A stretch of DNA of 64,000 bases from Dehalococcoidia bacterium (GCA_965207225.1 CBDBLV010000001.1:128001-192000), one strand, 5' to 3'. Shown: positions 30,582 through 39,874, numbered from the stretch's first letter. A program made the numbers and translations. Notes: generated from the sequence alone by a model not told the origin.

Positions 30582-33176
30582 ATGAAGATGAACCCGATGA
30601 ACTGGCTGACGAACGATGAAGGAAAGAAAAAGCCGGTGCTGCTGGCGGTGACGCCGCCGAGGAAGGACGAGCGCACCATGCTGGGCGTGGAGAACATGCT
30701 CCAGTCCATCGCGGTGCCCGAACCCTTCTCCCTGGAGCTTGCCGGGGACGCCGACGGCGTGACGCTCCTGACCCGCTGCCTGGACGACCAGGTGGTGCGC
30801 GGCCAGATCGCCGCCCACTACCCCCAGGCCCGCATCGAAAGGGTGCCGATGGATGAAGACCCGCTGCGGCTGGGGGAGGACGAGCGGGCGTGGGGGATGA
30901 CGATCCGGGCCGACGGCCCGGAGTACGTCCCCATCCGCACCTTCCGGGACGACGACCTGCTGGACCCCGGCTCCGACCCCATCATCGCCCTGCTGGGCTC
31001 GCTGTCCAACCTGCGCCGGGACGAGCGCGTCGTGGCGCGGCTGATGCTGAACTCCCTGGGACCGGACTGGTCGCAGCACCACCAGGAGAAGGCCCACAGG
31101 CCCGCCGTGGAGCAGAGGCGCGACCCCTCCTACACCTACCAGACCAGGCCCCTGCGGATGGACGGCGTGACCATGGCCGTTCTGGGCGTGGGAACCGTCG
31201 CCGCCCTCCAGGGCTACCTGTGGGTGCAGGCGGGGCAGACCTGGAAGGCCGTGCTCCTGGGCATCGGCGTGAGCGGCGGACTGGCCGCCGCCGGCTGGCT
31301 CTGGCACCGCATCAAGAAGGCCCGCAACCGCGTCTACGACCCGAACCTCATCAAGGAGAAGGTCTCCCGCGTCGCCTTCGCCGGGGAGATACAGGTGACG
31401 GCGATACTGCCCGCCGACGCCGGACCCAAGCGCGCCAATGAACTGCTGGGGCAGGTCGCCGCGGCCTACCGCCACTACGACCACCCGGCGGGGGCCAGGC
31501 TCAAGGCGAGCAGGGTGAGGCCCGTCGTCCCCGATCCGGAGAACCTTCACCCAGGCCCCGGCCTTTTCGGGCGGCGCAGCGTCTTCGGGATGCGCGAGGC
31601 GGCGGCGCTGTGGCACCCGCCGGGAGCGCGTGACGAGACTCCCCTCGTGGGGAGGTCGGGTTCGAGGGCGCTCATCCCCTCCGCAAGGAACGTGAAGGGC
31701 GGCGCGCTGGTGGGCGACACCACTGCCGGAGCGAAGAGGGATATCCGCTTCCCCGACGACCTGCTGCGCCGCCACCACCTCTACGTCGCCCGCACCCGCA
31801 TGGGCAAGTCCACCCTGATGCACCACGTCGTCAGGCACAAGATGGAGGAGAAGGCGGCGGGCAGGGACTCAGACGCCATCGTCGTCGTCGATCCCCACGC
31901 AGACCTGGTGGAGGGCATCCTCCAACACGTGCCGGAGAAGATAGCCGGCAGCGTGCGGCTCATCGACCTTGCCGACGAGCGGGGATCGCCCGGCGTCAAC
32001 CTGCTGGACACCCGCGTCTTCTCCGACCGCGACCGCACCGCCGACTCGGTGGTGCGCGTCGCCAGGGGCCTCTGGGACCAGTGGGGGCCGAGGATGCAGT
32101 CCATCCTCGAACAGACCGTCAAGACCCTCCACGAGGCCAACGAGCAAACCGACGCCGACGAGCAGTACACCATCCTCGACGGCCTCAAGCTGCTGTCCGC
32201 GGACAGGAAGTCCAGGGGCGAGGCGCCGTCAGAAGACCAGAAGTTCAGGGACAGGGTGCTGGCGAAGGTGAGCGACCCCTACCTCAAGGACTGGTGGGAA
32301 AGGGACTTCAAGAACTGGACCCACCAGTACCGGGCCGAAGCGCTGGCCCCGGTGCAGACCCGCCTCAACTACTACGCATCGTCCAAGCGGGCGCGGGCCA
32401 TCCTGGGACAGCGCCGCTCCACCATCGACCTGCGCAAGACCATCCTCGACGGCGGGATACTGCTGGTGTCCACCGCCCAGGGGACGGCGGGCCGGGACGT
32501 GGCCGCCCTGGTGGGGTCGTCGATCCTCAACCTCGTGGACGCCGTGATCCGGGAGCAGGGAAGCCTGCCGCCCGACAGGCGTCGCGGGGCGCTGGTCGTC
32601 GTGGACGAGATGCAGTCGATGCCCGGCGTGGACTACGAGAGCATGTTGTCGGAACTTGGGAAGTTCGGCGCGTCCTTCGTGCTGGCGACCCAGAGCCTGG
32701 CCAAGCTGGACGACCTCTCCCGCACCATGCGCGACACCATCCTTGCCAACGTCGGCTGCCTCGCCGTCTTCCAGGTGGCGGGGAACGACGCCCGGCAGCT
32801 GGTGTGGGAGCTTGGCAAGGATCGGGTGACAGAGGACGACATCACGTCGCTGCCCGTGCACCAGTGCTACGTCCGCGCCACCGTGGGCACCGAGCGGATG
32901 GACGCCTTCTCCATGGCGGTCAGGAAGCCGGAGCCGGGAGACGTCGAAAGGGCCGAGCGCATCCGCGCCGCCGCGTCCTCCTACGTCACGGCGGCCAGGG
33001 ACATCGCCGCAGGGAACGCGGAGTGCGACGGGAAGCAGGAGCAGCAGGGGGAGACGGAGAACGGTCAGGCCAAGGCCGAGCATAAGAAACCGGGGCAGCC
33101 CCCCAAGAATCACAAGGGGCGTACCCGGAACCCCAAGCCGTCGAAGCCCAAGACCGGCGACGGAGCGTCCTCGTGA
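30582..33176 (+). CDS. virD4: VirD4/TraD-like type IV coupling protein
   Basis: 2 TM; RHHLYVARTRMGKST, VDPH, VVDEMQ, ELGKFG, LATQ, ILANVG. Confidence 0.85.
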   Translation: MKMNPMNWLTNDEGKKKPVLLAVTPPRKDERTMLGVENMLQSIAVPEPFSLELAGDADGVTLLTRCLDDQVVRGQIAAHYPQARIERVPMDEDPLRLGEDERAWGMTIRADGPEYVPIRTFRDDDLLDPGSDPIIALLGSLSNLRRDERVVARLMLNSLGPDWSQHHQEKAHRPAVEQRRDPSYTYQTRPLRMDGVTMAVLGVGTVAALQGYLWVQAGQTWKAVLLGIGVSGGLAAAGWLWHRIKKARNRVYDPNLIKEKVSRVAFAGEIQVTAILPADAGPKRANELLGQVAAAYRHYDHPAGARLKASRVRPVVPDPENLHPGPGLFGRRSVFGMREAAALWHPPGARDETPLVGRSGSRALIPSARNVKGGALVGDTTAGAKRDIRFPDDLLRRHHLYVARTRMGKSTLMHHVVRHKMEEKAAGRDSDAIVVVDPHADLVEGILQHVPEKIAGSVRLIDLADERGSPGVNLLDTRVFSDRDRTADSVVRVARGLWDQWGPRMQSILEQTVKTLHEANEQTDADEQYTILDGLKLLSADRKSRGEAPSEDQKFRDRVLAKVSDPYLKDWWERDFKNWTHQYRAEALAPVQTRLNYYASSKRARAILGQRRSTIDLRKTILDGGILLVSTAQGTAGRDVAALVGSSILNLVDAVIREQGSLPPDRRRGALVVVDEMQSMPGVDYESMLSELGKFGASFVLATQSLAKLDDLSRTMRDTILANVGCLAVFQVAGNDARQLVWELGKDRVTEDDITSLPVHQCYVRATVGTERMDAFSMAVRKPEPGDVERAERIRAAASSYVTAARDIAAGNAECDGKQEQQGETENGQAKAEHKKPGQPPKNHKGRTRNPKPSKPKTGDGASS

Positions 33177-34855
33177 ACCCCGACGAACGCACGCTGCTCT
33201 TGATGCGGCGGCTGGCCTCCATGCCGTTTCTCGACCGGCTGGAACTGGCCGCCGTGTCGGGTACGCCCGACCGCTCCACCTACTATGCCGTGGACGATCT
33301 GGAACGGGAGGGCCTGGCGGTTTCGATCTCGCACGCCACCGACCTGCTGCGCACCACCAGACGCTACTCTCTCACGACCGCCGGGCTGAGTCGGCTCGCC
33401 GCACGGGAAGACGTGGGCCTGAACGAAGTACTCCGCGAACACCCGGTCTCCGCTCAGTGGCGGCGCATCCTGATGGAGCGGCTCGACGCCGTGGGCGTCA
33501 TATACCGGCTGGCGTCGTCCATCGCTGCCGAGACGGGACCCATCCGGCTGCGCTGGTACAGGGCCGCGCCCCTGGACGCCTCCGTCGAGCTCGCCGACGG
33601 CAGGACCCTCGGCGTGGTCAGGCAGGGGCTCACGTCGGACAGGACGGGGTTCGCAAAGCGTCTCTACCGGCTCGGCGAAGGGCCGCTTCCCGGAGCCGTC
33701 CTCATGCTCGTGTCCGACGAGGTGCGGCTGAGGCACGCCCGAAGAACGCTGGCCGACTCTCACCTGCCGGCCGTCCTCGCCCTGGAGCGGGACGCGACGT
33801 GGGCAGGCCCCTCGGAAAGGGTCTGGCGTCTGCCCTCCGTCGCCGCCGCCCTCGACCTGCGCTACGTCCTGTCGTCCTACCTCGAAACGGGAGGACGGCT
33901 GATCACCGAACCGGAGCCGTCGCGGGCGACCCTCCCGGAGGACTTCATACTGGAAAGCCCGGGGATGGGGACGCCCGACTGGCTGCTGCCCGCACTGCTG
34001 AAGCCCGCCGGGAAGCGCGTCCTCGACCTGCTCTTCGACTGGCCGGGCATAGCCCCGGGCGACCTTCGCGGGCTGCTCGGCGTCTCCCGCGGCCGGTTCT
34101 ACGAGATCGTTGCGCCCCTGGCCGAGGCCGGGCTGATCGAACGGATCGTCATAGACGGCCGCCGTCTGGCCCTCAGCGACCGGGGGCTGGCATTGCTAGC
34201 CCGCAGGGACCGCACCTCCGTGGGCGCGGCGAGGAAGCGGTGGAGCGTCTCTCCCACCGACGCAGCAGACGACGCCGTCGAGTGGCGCAACGTCTCCGGC
34301 AGGAGGAGCCGTCAACTGCTCAGGAATCTCGATCACACGGCGGCGGTCCACGGCTTCGTTGCGGCCCTGGCAAAGCAGGCGCGTTCCCTGGGCTGGGAAC
34401 CGGCGCAACTCGACCCGCCCATGCGGGCCGCCAGGCACTTCCGCCATAGGGAAAAGCTGCGCTCCGTCCACCCCGACGCCTTCGGCATCCTGCGCCGGGA
34501 CTCCACGACGTGGCCCTTCTTCCTGGAGTGGGAGCGCCGCGCCGTGCGCCCATCGACCATGGCGGCCCGGCTCGCCCCCTACCTGCGCTACTACTCCTCC
34601 GACAGGCCCGACGACGACCACGGCGCACGGCCCGCCGTCCTCGTCGTCCTCCGCGACGACGTCACCGCCATCAACTTCCTGCGGGTGGCGAGGGAGCGGA
34701 TGACGGAGGCCCGCGTGGAGATGCCCCTGCTGGTCTCCCACGAGGGGCTGCTTGCGCGGGAGGGGCCGCTGGGACGGGCATGGCGCACTCCCGATGGGTG
34801 GGAGGCCGTCCGCGCCCTTCCAAACATTCGAGAAAAGAATACGAGAAAGAGGTAA
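33173..34855 (+). CDS. Replication-relaxation family protein (putative relaxase), tandem double domain
   Basis: wHTH + LDHT..H, HPDAFG, FLEWER, RL..Y..YY; overlaps the T4CP stop codon. Confidence 0.75.
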   Translation: MNPDERTLLLMRRLASMPFLDRLELAAVSGTPDRSTYYAVDDLEREGLAVSISHATDLLRTTRRYSLTTAGLSRLAAREDVGLNEVLREHPVSAQWRRILMERLDAVGVIYRLASSIAAETGPIRLRWYRAAPLDASVELADGRTLGVVRQGLTSDRTGFAKRLYRLGEGPLPGAVLMLVSDEVRLRHARRTLADSHLPAVLALERDATWAGPSERVWRLPSVAAALDLRYVLSSYLETGGRLITEPEPSRATLPEDFILESPGMGTPDWLLPALLKPAGKRVLDLLFDWPGIAPGDLRGLLGVSRGRFYEIVAPLAEAGLIERIVIDGRRLALSDRGLALLARRDRTSVGAARKRWSVSPTDAADDAVEWRNVSGRRSRQLLRNLDHTAAVHGFVAALAKQARSLGWEPAQLDPPMRAARHFRHREKLRSVHPDAFGILRRDSTTWPFFLEWERRAVRPSTMAARLAPYLRYYSSDRPDDDHGARPAVLVVLRDDVTAINFLRVARERMTEARVEMPLLVSHEGLLAREGPLGRAWRTPDGWEAVRALPNIREKNTRKR

Positions 34856-34861
34856 TGAACC

Positions 34862-35617
34862 ATGCGTCTGTACTACATCGACGAGTCCGAGGGACCCACC
34901 TGCTACGTCCGCTCCGCCCTGGGCGTGGACGCCGAACGGTGGAACGACCTGTTCGCCGACATCCAGGAGTGGAGAAGCGAACTGCACGAGGGCTACGGCA
35001 TCCCGACCGACAGGGAGCTCCACGCCTGCGACCTGCTGGCGGGGAGAGGGATGCTGGCCCGAAACGGGGAAATCAACGCGCGACTCACGCCCTCCCAGGG
35101 AGCCGAGGTCTTCAGGGACGGGCTGCGCCGCATTGAGGACGCCGCCCGCACCGGCGGCGTGGAGGTCATCAACGTCTGCCTGAGAAAGTCCGACGTGAAG
35201 GCGCACGAGCAGGTCAGCCTCGACCGGCTGCTCAACCGCATCAACGCCTCGGTCAAGGCGGCGGGGGGACACGCCTTCCTCATCTTCGACGAGGGCAAGG
35301 AGCGGATGATCACACGGGCCTATAGACGGCTCAGGATATTCAACCCCGTGCCCAGCAGGTACGAGCGGTGGGAGGAAGGCGAGAGGACCAGGAACATCCC
35401 CGTGGAGAACGTCATCGGAGACCCCGCCTTCAGAAGCTCCGACTCGGACCACCTGCTCCAGATGGCCGACCTCGTCGCCCACGCCCTGCTCAAGCAGGAG
35501 GAGGAGCCCGTCCCCAGAGTGGAGACCCACGGCATCCGCGAAGCCTTCTCCATACTCGACAAGGCCCTCAACCGGAGAGCGTCAGGGCACGATCCCCAGG
35601 GCATCGTCAGGCGATGA
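34862..35617 (+). CDS. DUF3800-family protein
   Basis: YIDES, ELH, IFDE, LQMADLVA motifs. Confidence 0.8.
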   Translation: MRLYYIDESEGPTCYVRSALGVDAERWNDLFADIQEWRSELHEGYGIPTDRELHACDLLAGRGMLARNGEINARLTPSQGAEVFRDGLRRIEDAARTGGVEVINVCLRKSDVKAHEQVSLDRLLNRINASVKAAGGHAFLIFDEGKERMITRAYRRLRIFNPVPSRYERWEEGERTRNIPVENVIGDPAFRSSDSDHLLQMADLVAHALLKQEEEPVPRVETHGIREAFSILDKALNRRASGHDPQGIVRR

Positions 35618-35663
35618 GTGGAGGCAGGGGCGGGTCGTTGGCCATGTCACAAGGCCCGCGCCC

Positions 35664-35951
35664 CTATTCCTCTACCTTGTCGTCAAGACCTCGCCCATAG
35701 ATCATCAACTCGAAGCCGCCCGGCACGGAGCGAGACAGCTGCACGATACCGTAGTAGCTGCCACCCTTCGGTCTCGCCCCTCCCCTCAGCCACGTCTGAA
35801 CGGTGCCTTCCTTCACGCCCAGGAGCCGGGCTAGGTCCTGCCGCGACAGGCCCGCCATCTCCAACAGGCGTTTCAGCCGTTGCGGAAAGTCCTCCGGCCA
35901 GCCCGGTGAGCGGAAATCCTTGAGGCTCCCTTCATGTCCTTCGACTGTCAT
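35664..35951 (-). CDS. XRE-family HTH protein
   Basis: FPQRLKRL..AGLSRQDLARLLGV...TVQTW; GAGGAGG RBS. Confidence 0.78.
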   Translation of the reverse strand: MTVEGHEGSLKDFRSPGWPEDFPQRLKRLLEMAGLSRQDLARLLGVKEGTVQTWLRGGARPKGGSYYGIVQLSRSVPGGFELMIYGRGLDDKVEE

Positions 35952-36029
35952 TGCGCCACCTCCTCGGTTGATGTTTCCCGATCGGCCTCCTCGTCCAAAT
36001 GGCAGAGGTCGGCCCGTTCCCAAGCCCGG

Positions 36030-36470
36030 CTAAGCGGAATCCCGCAACCCTTTGTCGGCGCTGCCATTCAGGGAGTCAGCCACTGCTGCGACCAGCAGGG
36101 CCATCGCGGTGGGCAGGTAGAACAGCCCGATGGAGAGTATCCCCACAAGGCATAAGGCCAGGAGAGCCAGCGCCGATATCCACAACAACGCCTTTCGCCT
36201 CGCCAGCCCGGCATCGGTGAAACGGATGACCAGCAGCGTTAGGCCAGAGAACAGAATGGGAATGAGCAGCAGCCAGAGCACGTACAGACCATTCACTTCC
36301 ACCAGGGTGGCGGTGTGCCTTGTCACCTCTCCCGCAGGCTCACCCGGCATGGACAGAGTGACCGATACACCCCGATAGACGGGTGCGAAGACGAACCAGA
36401 GCCCGGCGACCCAGGCCAGCGCATGGGCTACCCACGCCGAGATCGCGGCAACTCCGGCTCGCTTCATCAT
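36030..36470 (-). CDS. Hypothetical multi-pass membrane protein
   Basis: Several hydrophobic helices; AAGGA RBS. Confidence 0.7.
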   Translation of the reverse strand: MMKRAGVAAISAWVAHALAWVAGLWFVFAPVYRGVSVTLSMPGEPAGEVTRHTATLVEVNGLYVLWLLLIPILFSGLTLLVIRFTDAGLARRKALLWISALALLALCLVGILSIGLFYLPTAMALLVAAVADSLNGSADKGLRDSA

Positions 36471-36497
36471 TCCATCCTTTGGGCCAAGAAGCGGAGG

Positions 36498-36816
36498 CTA
36501 CGCCCCGTCCAACTCGTATTCAGGGCCAACCCACCGTATCCGCACCCACGTCATCGTCGTGTACATCAGGTGGTTGTAGCAGCGCGAAATGGCCTCCCTG
36601 GTGTATTCCTCTATCTCCTCGTCGCCGACCCCGCCCTCCCTCAGGGAGTTTTGCACCCGCTTCAGTATGCGGGACGCGTCGGGGTTGTCCGGGCTGTAAG
36701 TCTCCGTCCTCCTCGTCGTCTGCGTCATTCCCGTAATAGACGAAGGGGTACGCTTCCCAGATATCGACCTCGATGTTCGGGTATCTCACTCCCAATTCGA
36801 TCATTCTTCCAGCCAT
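36498..36816 (-). pseudogene. Frameshifted small mobile-element protein
   Basis: RYPNIEVDI in one frame and ILKRVQNSLREGGV..EEIEEY..EA....YNHLM.TTM.WV in another, resembling one phage/plasmid family; shift near 36700. Confidence 0.5.
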
Positions 36817-36892
36817 TTGCTCCCCTTCATTCGCTTTCACAATGGGGTCTGGACGCTGCTGGTCAACAGCTACTTCTAGGTGATGCGGGCAT

Positions 36893-37321
36893 TCACTCCA
36901 TCGGGAGGGGCGGCTGTAGCCAAGCCATCTCCTGCGGCACCCCGAAGTGCTCGGCCACCTCCCAGAGCTCGCTGAGGCCCTCGGCCATCGCCTCGTCCAC
37001 GTCCATCAGCAGGGCGCGGGCGAAGTCCTCCGCCTCCCGCTCGAAGAGGCTGCCCAGGCTGGTGTGGTCCCGTATCCACAGGTGGTTGCCGGAGTGCAGC
37101 AGCCTGTGGCCTATGGCATGAGCTATCACCCAGCGTCGCCAACGGGAATCGAGCCGCTCGGCCACGCCGATGTACCGGTCCATCTGCATCTCCTCCTGGA
37201 CATCCAACGGCCAGGTCACCACCTCCAAGCCCAGGATGCTGGCCACGGTCTCGGCGTCCACCCGGCCCGACAGCTTCAGCTTTCGCCGCAGATCTCTGGC
37301 CTTCCGCTGCGCTCGCTTCAT
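36893..37321 (-). CDS. ImmA/IrrE-family metallopeptidase-like protein (HEXXH degenerate: HAIGH)
   Basis: RRWVIAHAIGH..LH, EREAEDFARALLM, VAEHFGV; coupled to the repressor gene. Confidence 0.82.
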   Translation of the reverse strand: MKRAQRKARDLRRKLKLSGRVDAETVASILGLEVVTWPLDVQEEMQMDRYIGVAERLDSRWRRWVIAHAIGHRLLHSGNHLWIRDHTSLGSLFEREAEDFARALLMDVDEAMAEGLSELWEVAEHFGVPQEMAWLQPPLPME

Positions 37322-37716
37322 CTTCCGTTCCTCTCCGTCCTCCGCCGCTGCTCCCGCACGAAGCGGATGAAGTTCATGATGGACTCGATGTCCTCCATGG
37401 GAAGGCCCTCGATGGCGTTGCGGAAGGAGACGTCGGCCTCCTTCAGTATCTCCGCCTCCACCACGTCCCGGCCAAGGAGCCAGTCGGTGCTCGTCTCGCA
37501 CTGGTAGGCAAGCTCCAGTAGATGCTCCGGGGTGGGCTTCATCTTCCCCGACTCCCAGGACCAGACGGCGTGGGAGCTGACCCCGACCAACTCGCTCACT
37601 TGTTTCTGGGTGAGGCCGACCTTCAGCCGCGCCTCCTTGATGCGGGCTCCGATGCTCTTCCAGCGGTAGCCCGGGTCTATGGTCATGGGTTCCGGCCTCT
37701 CTTGGTCAACGCTCAT
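37318..37716 (-). CDS. ImmR-like XRE repressor
   Basis: IGARIKEAR...GLTQKQVSELVGVS..AV..WESG..KP, DWLLG. Confidence 0.88.
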   Translation of the reverse strand: MSVDQERPEPMTIDPGYRWKSIGARIKEARLKVGLTQKQVSELVGVSSHAVWSWESGKMKPTPEHLLELAYQCETSTDWLLGRDVVEAEILKEADVSFRNAIEGLPMEDIESIMNFIRFVREQRRRTERNGR

Positions 37717-37745
37717 AGGCGATCATAATCCACGATTAGGAGTAT

Positions 37746-37788
37746 CGCACACTTGTTCTTGACAAGCTACTTGCGATATGATTACACT
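37746..37788 (+). promoter_or_regulatory. ICE early promoter with adjacent LexA-like box
   Basis: CGCAC-ACTT-GTTCT (37746-59) abutting TTGACA (37759), TACACT 18 nt later. Confidence 0.5.
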
Positions 37789-37831
37789 ATATCATAAGTG
37801 TAGCTTAGAGTACAGGAGACTATCTTTCCCC

Positions 37832-38071
37832 ATGAAACGCACCGTCGTCCTGCTCAAGACGAGAGCCCTCTGGGAGCGGCTGGCCCTGCTCGACCGCTCC
37901 CAGAACTGGCTGGCCCGCGAACTCGGCATCAGCCCCGGCTACCTGTCCTACCTGGTCAACACAGGCCGCGCCCCGTCCGGGCGCATCAGGCGGCGGATGA
38001 GGACGGTCCTGGGAGTGGAGGATTTCGATGAGTTATTCGAACTGGAGCATCCCAATGACGACAGCGCTTAG
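37832..38071 (+). CDS. Cro-like HTH protein
   Basis: SQNWLARELGISPGYLSYLV..GRAPS; divergent from the repressor. Confidence 0.82.
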   Translation: MKRTVVLLKTRALWERLALLDRSQNWLARELGISPGYLSYLVNTGRAPSGRIRRRMRTVLGVEDFDELFELEHPNDDSA

Positions 38072-38378
38072 CTCTCCCCGCCTGCCAGCGTATCCCGGCG
38101 ATCCGGTCATCGACGGCAGACTCGCGCCCTTTCTGAGCGGGGAACTGCCCGACGACTTCGCCCAGCGGCTCATCCGCCTCAAGCTGGCCAGCGACCTCAC
38201 CTGGGAGGAGTTCGCCGACGTCCTGGGCGTGGAGCTCAAGCAGGTGTTGAGGTGGACCCAGGGAACCAAACCATCCGGCGGGGCACACCACTCCCTGGTG
38301 GAACTCGCGCCGTGGATACCCGGCGGCCTGGAAATCCTCATGGGAGAGGGTTTCCTGGACCCCCTCAGGAAGGAGTAA
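38055..38378 (+). CDS. XRE-family HTH protein
   Basis: FAQRLIRLKLASDLTWEEFADVLGV...VLRW. Confidence 0.75.
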   Translation: MTTALSSPRLPAYPGDPVIDGRLAPFLSGELPDDFAQRLIRLKLASDLTWEEFADVLGVELKQVLRWTQGTKPSGGAHHSLVELAPWIPGGLEILMGEGFLDPLRKE

Positions 38379-38381
38379 CGC

Positions 38382-38657
38382 ATGTCTCGCAAGCGAACGA
38401 GGCGACAGAGAACGATCTCCGTCCTGACCGGCGACTTCGGCAAGGGACTGGAGGACTTCAAGGAGGCGTCCGGGCTGCCGTGGGCCGAGATCGCCCGGCT
38501 CCTGGGCACCAGCACCCTCAACCTTTGGCGATGGCGCAATCGGGGAGTCCTACCCAACATGCACCACCTGCTGGCCCTCCAAGAACTGGCCGATAGCAGG
38601 GGTCTCGGCCACCTGCTCCCGACGGCCAAGCTGCTTCGGCCCTCCCAGCACCCGTAA
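38382..38657 (+). CDS. XRE-family HTH protein
   Basis: KEASGLPWAEIARLLGTS...LWRW; AGGAG RBS. Confidence 0.75.
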   Translation: MSRKRTRRQRTISVLTGDFGKGLEDFKEASGLPWAEIARLLGTSTLNLWRWRNRGVLPNMHHLLALQELADSRGLGHLLPTAKLLRPSQHP

Positions 38658-38725
38658 GGCGCTGCACCCCTGGCATAGGGCCACGCCCCGTCCTCCAAGG
38701 CCCTGCGATGCTCCCCGTCGAGTTT

Positions 38726-38780
38726 CATGCGTGAAATCCCCTTCCGAGGGATAACGCTCGTCTTCCCCACCGCCCACACT
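38726..38780 (+). promoter_or_regulatory. Second copy of the ICE promoter-like motif
   Basis: CATGCGTG-N41-CACACT, 27 bp identical to 23988-24014. Confidence 0.6.
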
Positions 38781-38835
38781 GACAAGAGCACGCCTGTTCG
38801 CTATCTGAAGACGAGCCCCGCCTTCGGCGTCGAAC

Positions 38836-39126
38836 ATGCTGAACACGCCACGAGAAGTTGCGATCTTGAGAGACACCAAGCACAGGACGAAGCGGCGAGA
38901 CCGCAAGAGCGACGCCCCGGATATGAGGGTTGTCGGGATCGACTTCAACCCCGGTCCCGACGCCGAGGAGCGATTGCGCCGCCTGTTCACCATCCTGGTG
39001 AGGCTGGCAGACGACGAGATCCCCGCCCTTGGCGCGGAGCATCAGGTGGACGAAGGCGGCGAGGAGCGCACCGAGGTTCTCCCCACCGGCTCAGACGGTC
39101 TCGAAAGTCTGCCGCCGCACAATTGA
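38836..39126 (+). CDS. Small hypothetical protein (possible directionality factor)
   Basis: PGPDAEERLRRLFTIL helix; lies between the motif and the TA/integrase genes. Confidence 0.55.
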   Translation: MLNTPREVAILRDTKHRTKRRDRKSDAPDMRVVGIDFNPGPDAEERLRRLFTILVRLADDEIPALGAEHQVDEGGEERTEVLPTGSDGLESLPPHN

Positions 39127-39160
39127 TGCTGTTTATGCAAATATGTTATGCTGAAGCATC

Positions 39161-39424
39161 ATGAGAACCAGAACCACCATCTCCCTTGACGACCGGCTTG
39201 CCAAGCAGGTGCGCCGCGAGGCCGAAGCCCGCGGCATCAGCATGAGCGCCTTCATAGCCAGGACGCTCGACGACGCGCTCAAGCGCCGCGAGCCGTCGGA
39301 GCCGCCGCCCTTCCGGCTGGTCACCGTAAGCGGCGTCCACGCCCGCCCCGGAGTCGATCTCGACCGGACCAGGGCGCTCGACGCGCAGGAAGACGAGGCC
39401 CGGTTCGGGCGCGGGAGCCGCTAG
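39161..39424 (+). CDS. vapB: RHH/CopG antitoxin (VapB-like)
   Basis: RTTISLDDRL...A...GISMS.FI...L; upstream of PIN toxin. Confidence 0.82.
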   Translation: MRTRTTISLDDRLAKQVRREAEARGISMSAFIARTLDDALKRREPSEPPPFRLVTVSGVHARPGVDLDRTRALDAQEDEARFGRGSR

Positions 39425-39430
39425 TTCGAA

Positions 39431-39874
39431 ATGCTGCTTCCCGACGTGAACGTCCTGATCTATGCGCACGTGGAGGACTCGATCCCCGAACACGCCGAGT
39501 ATGCGGATTGGATCACCCGCCTTGCGACGGGGCCTGAGCCCTTCGCGCTCTCCGTCCTCGTCCTTTCCGGCTTCGTTCGCGTCGTGACCAACCCCAGGGT
39601 CTTCGACCCGCCTTCCACTCTCGACCAGTCCTTCGGGTTCGTCTCCTCCCTCGTGGAGCGTCCGACCGCGCGCATCGTGGGACCGGGACCCGACCATCTG
39701 GACATATTCGAGAGGCTGTGCAGGCAGTCCGGAGCCGCAGGGAAGCTTGTAGCCGACGCCCAACACGCCGCCATCGCGGTCGAGCACGGCTGCACGATGG
39801 TGACCACCGACTCCGACTTCAGCCGGTTCCCCGGACTCAGGTGGCAGCATCCACTGAGTCCCGGCGAGCTTTAG
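39431..39874 (+). CDS. vapC: VapC PIN-domain toxin
   Basis: LPDVNVLIYA, DAQHAAIAVEHG, TTDSDFSRFPGL. Confidence 0.9.
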   Translation: MLLPDVNVLIYAHVEDSIPEHAEYADWITRLATGPEPFALSVLVLSGFVRVVTNPRVFDPPSTLDQSFGFVSSLVERPTARIVGPGPDHLDIFERLCRQSGAAGKLVADAQHAAIAVEHGCTMVTTDSDFSRFPGLRWQHPLSPGEL

